From positions 8,863 through 72,862 of the IMG/VR virus record IMGVR_UViG_3300017971_000277: a DNA stretch of 64,000 nt. The stretch is one strand, 5' to 3'. The DNA comes from a virus. The stretch's first letter is position 1; each line of letters opens with the position of its first letter. Both the position numbers and the translations under genes were made by a program. The notes under the pieces are model-generated. The model was not told where the DNA came from. It searched no databases and saw nothing but the letters and a program-made list of their open reading frames with translations. Below, piece after piece: positions 29,301 to 38,171 of the stretch.

Positions 29301-30020
29301 GGAGATCTGCTTACCGACATCCTGAAGGGCAGCCTCGTAGGTGCCTGCGATCAGCCGACCCTTGTCAAGCACTTCGTTCAGGACAAGCTGCCGCTTCTCG
29401 AATGCGGTCAGGCTCTTCGTCGTGCGTCCCGTCTCCTGAGCAAAGCGTGCATAGACGTTGTTCAGGTTGATGACGATGCCCAGGTTGCGGAGGAGCCGAA
29501 CGTCGTTTCGCTGGATCGCGAGAACGAGGCGCTCGAAAGCCTGCGAGGAGTTGACACCCGCGATGACCGCAGCGTCCTGAGCGACGCGGGTAAGCTCCGC
29601 GGCGCGGCTCAGGTCGATGTTCGCCTGGGCAAGCTGGGTGAGCGACCGACGAGCGGCCTGGGTCGTAATACCCAGTCGCTTGACGTTCCGCTCGAGAACA
29701 CCAAGCTGGGTTCCGCTCTGCCCAGCAATACGACCGACGTTGTTGAGGACAGTCGCCAGATTCTCTACGCGAGCGGCAAGCAGCGCAGCGTCACGACCAA
29801 AGGCAGCTAGTCGAGCAGCACCCAGCGCGGCTCCCACAGCCGCAATAGCTGTGGGAAGCGCACCGATCTGCTGCGTGAGGTTCCGAGTCTCGTTCTCGGT
29901 GTCGCTGAGCGTCCGATTGAAGCGGAGGAGGTTCCGCTGCGTGTTCGAAAGCTCTTGACGAGCACCTCGACCATCGACCCGAATACTCAGGTTGATGCCG
30001 CCGATGTTCACGCCGGCCAT
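26382..30020 (-). CDS. Tail tape measure protein
   Basis: 1212 aa, helical Ala/Leu/Gln/Arg-rich, LRNLGIVI, hydrophobic segment, follows tail chaperones. Confidence 0.92.
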   Translation of the reverse strand: MAGVNIGGINLSIRVDGRGARQELSNTQRNLLRFNRTLSDTENETRNLTQQIGALPTAIAAVGAALGAARLAAFGRDAALLAARVENLATVLNNVGRIAGQSGTQLGVLERNVKRLGITTQAARRSLTQLAQANIDLSRAAELTRVAQDAAVIAGVNSSQAFERLVLAIQRNDVRLLRNLGIVINLNNVYARFAQETGRTTKSLTAFEKRQLVLNEVLDKGRLIAGTYEAALQDVGKQISSLPRLTEEATVAVGNQFLPVLREGVSAVSDFLKAFPSGGAFITPRAVANIITFGTAVVGLGAAAGSVKLLTVAFGALTALTGPIGLLSAAVVGLGALAATAFVDATIEAENYRKELNELKSTQREFSQSVFDTRRDLQDLGGETAFETLSEDAARFDSFVQRLALRFPQFRKELEAIRETGSIAELEAFFGVQLPRALQTSQGDVQELQTQLAAAEQTFRNELEQTLNLREREARNLELTDRVKRDGLVLSIKSNRVLEAQRAVQSQLNTAVEQGAEVFARQNKELLEAEPLLRGAARAAIEAREALEGAERAQLFADAQQVDAELKVLQQAANLAINETKKLQTQRRNLFKNTNARILLDFTQQQQALRTEAVKTDSELRDAANTFREAQEAEAEATFQSKQRQALAIEDLDKREKALSNARRERVRTLERIEEQATNIVSEGTRQREAILDAEALSIDIVNQRLSRQRQELQALIETQELQAAGVSPRLIKLNEQLAKAREESIRSVNGLQIAIARLDNQIRKRELQLQDRAEGDSALAAALGVSDPQLRKLRNALEEAQRLQEESFTEIENRRAQLADQTRKRIEEDFRRIEQEEQRILNRVRKIRAAGELEDETPDRSFEGLNRSIRQARQQGLEVQNFLRQFRAELSERGLGTALSNDIDVFSRRIDLIRRSTRDVAIPGFSDLTQTVEQFRQTLERASSPQQIQQLERAFAFTLRDRIVQSRNELRGLREQLEAFRTGGRRTQERDQRLERQRRLNELFEAGVDQQTARREISRLEAEDRAKLNAQEEELEKKIRESQRSQKALNDEVRQIEESFSTLADKQRAAVQQLVEDQKELNRLKREELSLEEKALEAVRKRRAGATTAAERFGAIDALPTDTGIGDSITKEIAAQRKELDDTGSEVVNRQKKVTKGLTELQQLLARNLKNIGDEFQIQDQVIAQTVREILVGQRNLLVRSLNSRTGGAPR

Positions 30021-30343
30021 TAGATGAAGCCTCTACCAGTCCGGTTGACGTGTCGCATGTATTCCTCTCCGGTCATCTTAGCGAAAGGCTTCTTCTGCGA
30101 CTTCTTCGGCTTAGGTTCGGCTTGCTTTCTTGGCTGATCGCCTTGGAGCCAGGCTTGATACCTGCGGAAACCCACGGAGAGGAGGAGGATTTGTCCTTCC
30201 GTGTGTCTCGAGATCAGGTCATCGAAGCTGGTCCCAAAGCGCTCAGTTAGAACAGCCCAGCGAGCGTGCTCCTCAAGCGGACGGACCTGATCTCTGCTTG
30301 CCGCATGAGCGTCACCAACATGCGCAAGCCGGTTAGCAAAAAA
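30020..30343 (-). CDS. Tail assembly chaperone GT extension (-1 frameshift frame)
   Basis: -1 frame open from the T TTT TTG site to the stop at the tape-measure start. Confidence 0.6.
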   Translation of the reverse strand, partial: FFANRLAHVGDAHAASRDQVRPLEEHARWAVLTERFGTSFDDLISRHTEGQILLLSVGFRRYQAWLQGDQPRKQAEPKPKKSQKKPFAKMTGEEYMRHVNRTGRGFI

Positions 30344-30795
30344 TCGTTGTCTGCCTGGAGCGTCGTCTGGCGCACAACGAGATCCTGCACCTCGCCGAGA
30401 GTGATCTCCTCCTCCTCGAGAGCCGCCTTCACGTCCTCCCACTGGTAGTAGGTGACCAGCACGTCGGCGATGTCGAAGAGCACCTTCAGGATGTGCTCCT
30501 CGTTCACGTCTTCGGCGTCGGCCTTCTTCGCGATCTGGTCTTGGATCGCGCGCCCAACCTGATCTTGGAAGGGCTTGACGAGAGCGTGGATCTGCTTCGA
30601 CCACTTGATCGGAAGTGGGCGGAGCTTCCGCGGCTTGTCGAGGATGACGATCTCACGAACGTCGGTGTCCGGGAACAGAACCTTGGAGAGTGCGGCTCGC
30701 TCGTCTTCAGCAAGCCGCACGATCTCCTCAGCGGTCGTGTCCCGAAGGCTCTCCGCAACCGAAGCTGCGGCAGAGCCCTGAAGATCATCGGTCAT
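30247..30795 (-). CDS. Tail assembly chaperone G
   Basis: Between tube and tape measure; AGGAGG RBS. Confidence 0.75.
   Translation of the reverse strand: MTDDLQGSAAASVAESLRDTTAEEIVRLAEDERAALSKVLFPDTDVREIVILDKPRKLRPLPIKWSKQIHALVKPFQDQVGRAIQDQIAKKADAEDVNEEHILKVLFDIADVLVTYYQWEDVKAALEEEEITLGEVQDLVVRQTTLQADNDFLLTGLRMLVTLMRQAEIRSVRLRSTLAGLF
30337..30343 (-). other. Putative -1 ribosomal frameshift heptamer T TTT TTG
   Basis: In-frame GAT TTT TTG fits X XXY YYZ; T-run unusual for this GC-rich genome. Confidence 0.6.
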
Positions 30796-30845
30796 GTTTC
30801 TCCTCCTAGTGCTTAGGTCAGAGGTGTTGTGCTAGCCCGTTAGGA

Positions 30846-31706
30846 CTAGCAGTCGCCGAGCGTCGGGAAGTAAACGCGACGAGCGATGACGAGTTGGTTC
30901 TTGCCACCAGCGCCGGGAATGTCGTCTCGGCTGACGCCGAAAGCGTTGAAGTTCAGCGGGATCCGCTCATTCTCGGTCGGACGAATCTCCTCGGTGAACT
31001 CGTCGCCGGGGGTCACCTTGAAGAACTGGTGGATCACCTGGCTGCCGTCGATGAAGTCGGTCACGCCGAGCAGCATCGATTCACGGATTTCGTTGGTGCC
31101 GACGAAAGCCTCCACGAAGTCGTAGATGCCGACGAAGTCGCCAGCAGCGATCGTGTTGAGGGGGGTGATCGCGAAGGCGACGGTCAGACCGTCGTCCGTG
31201 ATCGACCCGATCCGCGTCTCGACCGTGTCCGGGTTGTCGAAGTCCGCGACCGCGGTAGCGATGGCGATCTGGCGACCGACCGCGAGCGACTGGAGGTCGG
31301 TCGTGTTCGCGAAGGTGACGACGTTCTGGTTCGTCACGCTGGCGATGGTCGCGACCGCAGTCGTGCTCGAGACGTTGCTGTAGTTGCCGAAGGCGAACTG
31401 CACCTTGCGCCACGAGTTCGAGTGCAGACTGAGTTCGAAGGTGCCCTCGAGCCCGATCACAGCCTCGAACTGTCGAACCGCAGGCAGGCCGGCATCGAGT
31501 TGGAACTTGGTCCGGGTGACCGCGAAAGAGGGGGTGTCCTCTACCACGGCTCCAAGATCGAAGAAGCCTGCGGGCAGGCTACCCAGGTCGATACGACCCT
31601 GAGTCTCCGGCTCCCAGGTGGCGGGAAGGTCAGCGATCAGAAGCCGCTGGATACCCAGCGAGACTTCGACCTCGTTGATTTGGTTCGTGAAAGTCTTATC
31701 GGCCAT
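30846..31706 (-). CDS. Major tail (tube) protein
   Basis: 286 aa, highly expressed-type codon bias, FDLGAV..., position. Confidence 0.78.
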   Translation of the reverse strand: MADKTFTNQINEVEVSLGIQRLLIADLPATWEPETQGRIDLGSLPAGFFDLGAVVEDTPSFAVTRTKFQLDAGLPAVRQFEAVIGLEGTFELSLHSNSWRKVQFAFGNYSNVSSTTAVATIASVTNQNVVTFANTTDLQSLAVGRQIAIATAVADFDNPDTVETRIGSITDDGLTVAFAITPLNTIAAGDFVGIYDFVEAFVGTNEIRESMLLGVTDFIDGSQVIHQFFKVTPGDEFTEEIRPTENERIPLNFNAFGVSRDDIPGAGGKNQLVIARRVYFPTLGDC

Positions 31707-31718
31707 CGCGCAATCCTC

Positions 31719-32108
31719 CTAGCGCTGGGTCGTCGTGACGATCACGTAGTTGAGCGGGTAGTTAACCCGTCCCGCGTCGTCCTTGAAGTAGGTTCCTGGC
31801 TCAGCAGTTGCCGTGATTCGTCCAGGCCACTTGGGCAGGACGTTCCACTTGTTGTCCAGCAGATTATTGATTTCCACCGCTTTTGCCAAGCCCGCCTCGG
31901 CATTCACGTTGCGGACGACGACCTGAAACGCCGGTCGTCGGGTCGGATCGTCTGGGAAGGAGACGCCGCCTGTATGCACGACGACGACCCCATTCTCCGA
32001 TTCGACCGGAAGTGCTTGGATCCAAAGGTCTTCGCCAAGCACACCTACGCTATTGGCAGCCAGATAGGCTGCCAATAGCTCGAGCAGTAGGTTGCTGTCT
32101 TTGGGCAC
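31719..32108 (-). CDS. Tail terminator / minor capsid-3-like protein
   Basis: LAAYLAANSVG...TGG...PAFQVVVR...DDAGR..Y..N. Confidence 0.72.
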   Translation of the reverse strand: MPKDSNLLLELLAAYLAANSVGVLGEDLWIQALPVESENGVVVVHTGGVSFPDDPTRRPAFQVVVRNVNAEAGLAKAVEINNLLDNKWNVLPKWPGRITATAEPGTYFKDDAGRVNYPLNYVIVTTTQR

Positions 32109-32110
32109 TA

Positions 32111-32221
32111 CTAGCGCTTCTTGCGGATCTTCAAGCGCTTGTTGCGCTTACGGCTGAAGGACTTGTTGCGATTGCCGATTCGCTTGGCTTTACGGCCCAC
32201 GCCTTTGGGGAGCTTCGTCAC
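32111..32221 (-). CDS. 36-aa highly basic peptide (not in ORF track)
   Basis: GGAGG RBS, GTG; MTKLPKGVGRKAKRIGNRNKSFSRKRNKRLKIRKKR. Confidence 0.6.
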   Translation of the reverse strand: MTKLPKGVGRKAKRIGNRNKSFSRKRNKRLKIRKKR

Positions 32222-32375
32222 CTTGATCCTCCAGCTTGATGGATTCGGTCTTCACCACCCGCAGGATGTTTCCCGCTTGGATGTCCACCTCCACCTTCCC
32301 GAAGAACTGCCGCTCCTGCAAGGTGCGAATGAAGTCTACTAGCCTTTCCCGCTGCTTTTCGTGGTCTTGGTTCAC
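32190..32375 (-). CDS. DUF2292/YezD-like small protein
   Basis: FGKVEVDIQAGNILRVVKTESIKL; GTGA coupling. Confidence 0.55.
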   Translation of the reverse strand: MNQDHEKQRERLVDFIRTLQERQFFGKVEVDIQAGNILRVVKTESIKLEDQGDEAPQRRGP

Positions 32376-35300
32376 CGCAGCCTGCCCGTCTTCGTGTGAA
32401 TCGCGTTGGTGCCCATCTCGAGCAGCTTTGCGGCCTCGGGCGGGTAGGCGGCTTCGATCGGCTTGAACTCCTTGGTCTGCTGCTTGTAGTCGTCCATGCC
32501 CTGAGCACCAAGACGCACGAGCATCTGGCCGACCTGAGTGCCGAAGAAGGCGCGGCACTCGTGACGGTCGAGGAACCATCGGTCGTCAGCTTCGACACCC
32601 TTGTTCGCCTGCTTGCCCATGCTGGCGGAGAGCCCGAGAGCAATCGAGAAGGGAGGACAGGGGCGATCTGCGTAGCAGAGCTTGTTCTCGCTGAGCATCG
32701 CCAAAGCCTCCTGATACATCGGAAAGGCAAGCTTGTTGTAGACGTGCGAGGGGTCTGCCAGGTGCGTCAGGTAGAGCCTGATCGCTGCCTCGAGATGCTT
32801 GTGTGCAGGACTTCCTGGGAGAATCCTCTGCTGCTTCTCCCGCTCCTTGCTCCATTTGGCGACGTTGATGTGGTCGCGCTGGATCAGGACCCAGGTCAAC
32901 TGCCGACCCGGATACACGTCGTGGTCCCTTTGGAGAAGAGCCATGTTCCGGTTCGAGCACTTGTCCCTGCGCTGCCGCTCGTGCAGGTAGCCGTAGTGCG
33001 CGAGATTCACGTCGGGGATCAGCATCGTCGGGCGGATCGGGTTGTCGTAGCCGCCCTTCGACGTGTCCTCGCAGTGCTCGTGAATGCAGCCGACGAAGCG
33101 GTAGTGCTCACGATTCCGTAGAACGCGAATCGGCATATCGAAGGTGCCGTGAACGTCGAGCATGAGGTGGCACTGCTTGATGCCGAAGCCCTCGAGCATG
33201 GTCGTGTGGAGGTAGCGACGAAGCTTGGCTGGGTCGGTCACGATCTCGTCGGTGTCCAGCCAGAAGATCCAGTCCTCCGTCACGCCCTCGATGCTGGCGT
33301 TGCGCATCTGCGCAAAATGGTCGAACTCGACCTCGCGGATCTCGAGCTTCTCCTGCGGAACGTGCCACTCGAAAAGCTGCCTGGTGTGGTCGCTGGTACG
33401 CGTGTCGAACGCGACCACGATCTTGTCGGCGATCGGCTCGACGTGCTTGAGGCACTTCGCCAGGTAGTCCTCTCCGTCCCGCACGATCATGCAGACAGCA
33501 AGGCTCTGGTAGGGGCGAGTGATCTCGACCCTGCGGACGGTGTTGAGGGGCTGCGCCTTGAACCCGCCGTTCTCGACACCGAACACGCAAACCCACGAAC
33601 CCTGGATGTCTCCACCGTCGCTGATGTCCTCCTCCACGAAGGCGAGGCGCGCAGCGACCTCGGTGCCGACCATCTCGGAGTAGTCCTCTTGGGTCAGGCT
33701 CCAGAGACGTGGCGCACCATCCTCAAGCGTCGCCGAAGTCGCTCCGGTCTTCGACGTGACGACGAGCACCCCATCGTTCTGAGGAATGCGACTGAGCCAC
33801 TCGAACTCTTCCCACGGTCGGAGGAGGCTCTCCAAGTACCCGCCGACGAACACCACATCGGCCTTCTTGTGGTAATCGCCTGGGATCGAGGTCGCGACGT
33901 GGACCTGAACACGATCCCCAAGCCCCATCTGCTCGATCGACCTCGCGTGCAGGCTGACGATCTCCTCGTCGGCGTCGAACATAACGACCTGGGCTTCAGG
34001 GAACATCTTGGCTGCCACCAAGCCGAAACCCTCGACCCCGCTGGCAAAGTCGATGATGTAGTTCGGAGTGCGCTCGAGAGAACGAGCTACGAGTTCGGCT
34101 GCGCGCTTGAAGCGAGGCAGCGCGTCTTGAATCATCCTCGTGATGTTCTCGGGGTCGATCGGGTCCTGCCTGGTGACCTCGGCGAGTTCCTCTTCGGCAC
34201 GAGCGAGCAGCCCATGACCCGGAACGCTCTTGGCGGAGTCCACCGCGGTCATCACGTTGCCGGAGCGCAGAAGCTCCGAAACGATCTCGGTGGGCTTGGT
34301 CGCGACACGGTGAGCGAGCTTCTCCCGGAAGTGAGCCGTCCAGTTCTCCGCGACTGCATCCCAGGTGTAGCCACGCTGCATGATCCACTGGGGACCATCG
34401 TCCTGCATGGACTTCGCGATGTCTGGGTTGGAGAGCAGGAAGTCCAGCCTGCGCACGAACTTTGCCGTGTACTCCTCCGTCCCCGGCTTGCCGCGGATTA
34501 GGAACCCGTTGACGCTGTTCCCGACCGTCTCCCGCAGAGCGAAGTCATCAGTCGTGATGATCGGCGTCTTGCAGGCGGCAGCCTCCATAGCCGTGATGCA
34601 GGAGATCTCAGGGAAGTCGGTCGGGTAGAGGAGCGCTTGTGCTTTGGACATCTCCTCGTAGAGCCGGTCCTTCGTGAGATGTCCGACGTTCACGACCGAG
34701 TCGCCGAAGCGCTGGGTGAGTTCCTTGCACATCGCGTTGATCTGCGTGACGTGCTCTGGAACCTGCATCCCTCCCAGGCTGTAGTTGCAGTAGTGCAAGG
34801 TCGCCTGCGGATACTTCTCGAGCACCTTCGGCCAGATGTCGCGCAGAAGCCAGTGCAGTCCGCGCTCCGGTCGGCTCGAGTAGAAGAACCGCAACGGCAC
34901 CTTCTCCTGCCGGTGCTTCTCGATCAGGTCGAGGTCGATGCCGTTGCTCGTCTTCCACATGAACTGCCGGAACTCGGCGATCTTGTTCTCCTTCTCGTCT
35001 TTCTCGTTCGTCCCGACCGTGTAGTTGTCGATGTGGAAGTCGGAGAGGAGGAAGATCTCGTCCGTCTGGTAGAGGTTCCCGCAGAGCCGACCCTTGTCTT
35101 GGATCGTGTCGTGCAGCCAGAGCACTCGCCAGGCAGCCTTGTTCGGCTGCGTGAGGAATTCCGGCCAGCGGCTCGCGATGAACACGTCCCACGCGATCGT
35201 GCGGTTCATCGCGGCGAACTTGTCAACCCCGTAGTAGGAGACACCGTCGAACACACCCTCCTCTTCGCAGTTGCAGAACACCATGACCCGGTGCCCAAGC

Positions 35301-35425
35301 TTGGCGAGCGATCGAGCAACAGAGATCGCAGCAGTCTCGGAACCTCCGAGTCCGCGCTTCTCAAGAGTGTTGCCGGTGAAGGGAAGGCCGAGCGTAGCCA
35401 GGCCAATCGTCAGGGGTCGGTTCAT
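32372..35425 (-). CDS. Multidomain glycosyltransferase: GT4 (GT-B) + SAM methyltransferase + GT2 (GT-A)
   Basis: GLGGSE, SRPERGL, EISCITAMEA (GT4); IIDFASGVEG (MTase); VCMIVRD, RNASI, WLDTDE, IHE, HYGY (GT2). Confidence 0.9.
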   Translation of the reverse strand: MNRPLTIGLATLGLPFTGNTLEKRGLGGSETAAISVARSLAKLGHRVMVFCNCEEEGVFDGVSYYGVDKFAAMNRTIAWDVFIASRWPEFLTQPNKAAWRVLWLHDTIQDKGRLCGNLYQTDEIFLLSDFHIDNYTVGTNEKDEKENKIAEFRQFMWKTSNGIDLDLIEKHRQEKVPLRFFYSSRPERGLHWLLRDIWPKVLEKYPQATLHYCNYSLGGMQVPEHVTQINAMCKELTQRFGDSVVNVGHLTKDRLYEEMSKAQALLYPTDFPEISCITAMEAAACKTPIITTDDFALRETVGNSVNGFLIRGKPGTEEYTAKFVRRLDFLLSNPDIAKSMQDDGPQWIMQRGYTWDAVAENWTAHFREKLAHRVATKPTEIVSELLRSGNVMTAVDSAKSVPGHGLLARAEEELAEVTRQDPIDPENITRMIQDALPRFKRAAELVARSLERTPNYIIDFASGVEGFGLVAAKMFPEAQVVMFDADEEIVSLHARSIEQMGLGDRVQVHVATSIPGDYHKKADVVFVGGYLESLLRPWEEFEWLSRIPQNDGVLVVTSKTGATSATLEDGAPRLWSLTQEDYSEMVGTEVAARLAFVEEDISDGGDIQGSWVCVFGVENGGFKAQPLNTVRRVEITRPYQSLAVCMIVRDGEDYLAKCLKHVEPIADKIVVAFDTRTSDHTRQLFEWHVPQEKLEIREVEFDHFAQMRNASIEGVTEDWIFWLDTDEIVTDPAKLRRYLHTTMLEGFGIKQCHLMLDVHGTFDMPIRVLRNREHYRFVGCIHEHCEDTSKGGYDNPIRPTMLIPDVNLAHYGYLHERQRRDKCSNRNMALLQRDHDVYPGRQLTWVLIQRDHINVAKWSKEREKQQRILPGSPAHKHLEAAIRLYLTHLADPSHVYNKLAFPMYQEALAMLSENKLCYADRPCPPFSIALGLSASMGKQANKGVEADDRWFLDRHECRAFFGTQVGQMLVRLGAQGMDDYKQQTKEFKPIEAAYPPEAAKLLEMGTNAIHTKTGRLR

Positions 35426-35444
35426 AGAAACTCCGTGCTAGTGC

Positions 35445-35927
35445 TTAGCTGCGGGTTGGCTCGATGGTCCGTGCGGTGATCCTGATTCGTGAGGTCGCCG
35501 ACACGCCACGCTGAACATACGCTGCGAGTCCGTCACGAATCCGATCGACGTTCAAGAAAGCGGCGCGGCGCAAGTAAGCACCACCGACTCCACCTTCTGG
35601 AGTAAGAGGCTGGCGAATCGAGACAGGTCCAAGCTGCCAGGGTCCTGAAGGGGTAAGCAGCGTGTGTTGGGTGAGGGCATACCGCTCACCAGCCACCACG
35701 AGGACGGAGTATTCTCCTCCCGCCTGCTCTCGAGGAAGCTCAGCACGAATCGAGCGGCGCAGAGGTCCGCGGAGGATTGGTGCGTTCTGCTGCGCTCGCT
35801 CAGCGACGAAGTTTCCGACAGCCTGGACTCCGGCTAGAAGCGCTTGATCGAAGTTGGATCCGACATTGTTCAGCCAGCCCTGGAGACGTGGGTCGATCTC
35901 CACGTTGATTTCGATGCCAACAGCCAT
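35445..35927 (-). CDS. HK97 gp10-like tail completion protein
   Basis: AQQNAPILRGPLRRSI, YALTQH, YLRRA. Confidence 0.78.
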   Translation of the reverse strand: MAVGIEINVEIDPRLQGWLNNVGSNFDQALLAGVQAVGNFVAERAQQNAPILRGPLRRSIRAELPREQAGGEYSVLVVAGERYALTQHTLLTPSGPWQLGPVSIRQPLTPEGGVGGAYLRRAAFLNVDRIRDGLAAYVQRGVSATSRIRITARTIEPTRS

Positions 35928-36919
35928 CAGATGAACTTGATCTCGTCGGGAAGCGTGCCCTTGCGCTCAGCCTCCCAGTAGTTGCGAATCACCCGGTTCG
36001 GCGAATCCTCGTTGGGCTCCATGAGGAAGCGCGGGTCGGTATTTGCTCTCTCCTCATTCTCTTCAGGTGTGTGGAAAGCTGGAACGTAGATCCCAATGCC
36101 GTGTTTGCACCAAGGATGGAACGGAGGACCACCGTTCGGAAGAGCAGCCAGCGGTGGGAAGACCGGATCGCTCCCGCTGATCGAGTAGACGCGTCCGCGG
36201 TAAGCGTCGCAGTAGTCACCTACCGTGCTCGGGTTGACGGTGACGCGGACGAGGTCAAACCCTGCCTGCTTCGCCCGCTCGAGCGTGGCAACGGACCTAG
36301 CCTGAGCCTTCACGTTCTGAGCCACCATGCCCGCGTAGAAGTCCAGCGGGAAGAACATGCGCCTGCCGTTCTTGGCGAGAACCGAGACGACCCCGTCCTC
36401 GAACCGCTCCCGGAGCAGACCTTGGATCCTGCTCCGGATGCGGAAGTCCTCCTCAAGTGCGCTAAGTCCAACACCCACTTCGGCTTGTGCCTTCTGAGCA
36501 AGGTCCGGGAACTCCTGCTCGAGTGCCAGACCCCTGAAGATCCGCTGCGCCAGGGTAGCGATCGACTCACGTCCCTTCGCCAGATTGCCCGTCAGGCTGT
36601 CAGCGAGCGCCCGTACGGCGCGCTCATCGATCGGTGCGAAGAGAGTGGTGGAAGTCGCTCCCGCGGCCTGTAGGACGCTCACAGCTTCCGCGCTCGCCTC
36701 GTCCACGAACTGCCGCACGTAGGTAGCGCTCCAGGCGTCCGTCTCCTTCTCCAGACGGCTAAGGATCTCAAGCACTTGCTGGAAAAGGAGTAAGCGCTGC
36801 GCACCCCTGTCTTCCGTCAGCAAGTTGCTCAAACGGCGTCTCAGGATGTCTGCCCCATTTAGGTAGATCGCGACCAGAAGGTCCAGGCGCTCATCGTCTA
36901 GGGGCGGAATCTCAGCCAC
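35927..36919 (-). CDS. Minor capsid protein (MuF/minor capsid 2-like)
   Basis: CDAYRGRVYS, PFHPWCKH. Confidence 0.85.
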   Translation of the reverse strand: MAEIPPLDDERLDLLVAIYLNGADILRRRLSNLLTEDRGAQRLLLFQQVLEILSRLEKETDAWSATYVRQFVDEASAEAVSVLQAAGATSTTLFAPIDERAVRALADSLTGNLAKGRESIATLAQRIFRGLALEQEFPDLAQKAQAEVGVGLSALEEDFRIRSRIQGLLRERFEDGVVSVLAKNGRRMFFPLDFYAGMVAQNVKAQARSVATLERAKQAGFDLVRVTVNPSTVGDYCDAYRGRVYSISGSDPVFPPLAALPNGGPPFHPWCKHGIGIYVPAFHTPEENEERANTDPRFLMEPNEDSPNRVIRNYWEAERKGTLPDEIKFI

Positions 36920-36927
36920 GGGCAGAC

Positions 36928-37296
36928 CTACGTGGACAGGTCGAGGTCGAGCCGCACCCGTAGAAAGCGGGTCCCGTGGAACGGGTCGTTGTAGGCAACG
37001 ATCTCATCGATCCGCCCACCCTCGAGCAGCGCATTCCCAAACTGATCCACTACGTTGCGGATCTCGTCTCCCTGCCGCGGGACAGACGAGCTAGGGATGC
37101 AGGCGAAGTGGCGGATGCTCGTGTCCATCGCTGGCGCGGAGATGAGCGTCTGATCCTGCTCTTGGTAGAGCACAAGGTTGATGGTCGTGATCGAGGTGAT
37201 CGAGGTGTCTCCGTAGCTAGAGCGCACCCGTCTCCCAAGCTGTCCGACCTGGGTGAAGTACTTGTCGTTCTGGATCAGTCCGCGGTTTCGGCTCAT
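36928..37296 (-). CDS. Putative head-closure (stopper) protein
   Basis: Position after adaptor; size; PRQGDEI. Confidence 0.55.
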   Translation of the reverse strand: MSRNRGLIQNDKYFTQVGQLGRRVRSSYGDTSITSITTINLVLYQEQDQTLISAPAMDTSIRHFACIPSSSVPRQGDEIRNVVDQFGNALLEGGRIDEIVAYNDPFHGTRFLRVRLDLDLST

Positions 37297-37829
37297 GCGC
37301 GGTAGATCCTACGCCCAACCATCCACTCTTGGAGAAGCTGAAGAGCTTCGTGGCTGAAACGTGCGCTCGAGACGCGGGCGTGCTTGCCATACTGGACGAA
37401 CTCACGGATCGGCCCGACCGACTCGCTGATCGAGACGATCCCGTTCTGGATGTTCTCCGCGTCCTTGTTCCGCCCACCATTGCGAGCGATGTAGTTCGCC
37501 TGCTGAGCGCACGCTTCCTGCACCGTCTCGCGCATCCGCTTCTGGACAACGTCCTGGGTAAGCGTCTCGGTGGAGGCCCGGTCGTAGGGGAAGGCCGAGC
37601 GAATCTGCCGCGGAAACTCGAGACGCTGTTCGTAGTAGTAGCGAGTTCCCAGGTAGGTCCTGCTGTCGATGTCCCGGCTAGCCTGAATGAGCGCAGCCTG
37701 CTTCTGCGCGCTGGTCAGAGCGATCCACGCAGCGTTGTCGATGATCGCAGTGCGGATGAAGGAGTTCGCCTGGGTCACGTCGATGTAGCTGTTGGAGTCG
37801 GGTCCTCCGTAAGAAGCGATGAGGGTCAT
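37293..37829 (-). CDS. Head-tail adaptor (DnaT-like family)
   Basis: NSYIDVTQA, AALIQASRDID, QRLEFPR, ESVGPI. Confidence 0.82.
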   Translation of the reverse strand: MTLIASYGGPDSNSYIDVTQANSFIRTAIIDNAAWIALTSAQKQAALIQASRDIDSRTYLGTRYYYEQRLEFPRQIRSAFPYDRASTETLTQDVVQKRMRETVQEACAQQANYIARNGGRNKDAENIQNGIVSISESVGPIREFVQYGKHARVSSARFSHEALQLLQEWMVGRRIYRA

Positions 37830-37838
37830 GCTGCGCTC

Positions 37839-38171
37839 CTATGCGAACGGGGTGCAGATGTTGGAGAACACCTCGAACTCCCGCACCGCGGAGTGGAAGA
37901 TCGAACCGTTGGGGAAGGAGATCACGCCTTGCCAGGACCACCCGCCGACCTCATCGATGTCGTTGGCGACGGTCGTGTACTGGATCAACCCGTCCGTCCC
38001 GACATTGGTGAACGTCGCGACCGCGGTCAGGACTTCCTGGCTTGGCTTCAAGAAGCAGATCGCGAGACTGGTAGCCGTGCTGACATCGACAGGCGTGCCG
38101 CAGTCGGTTAGCTCGAGACGGAACACGGTCCCGATGTCGAACTGGTGGATTTCCTGATCGCAGCTTGCCAT
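37839..38171 (-). CDS. BppU N-terminal-like Ig-fold virion protein
   Basis: DIGTVFRLEL..PVDVS..KPS..DGLIQY..DIDEVG. Confidence 0.65.
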   Translation of the reverse strand: MASCDQEIHQFDIGTVFRLELTDCGTPVDVSTATSLAICFLKPSQEVLTAVATFTNVGTDGLIQYTTVANDIDEVGGWSWQGVISFPNGSIFHSAVREFEVFSNICTPFA

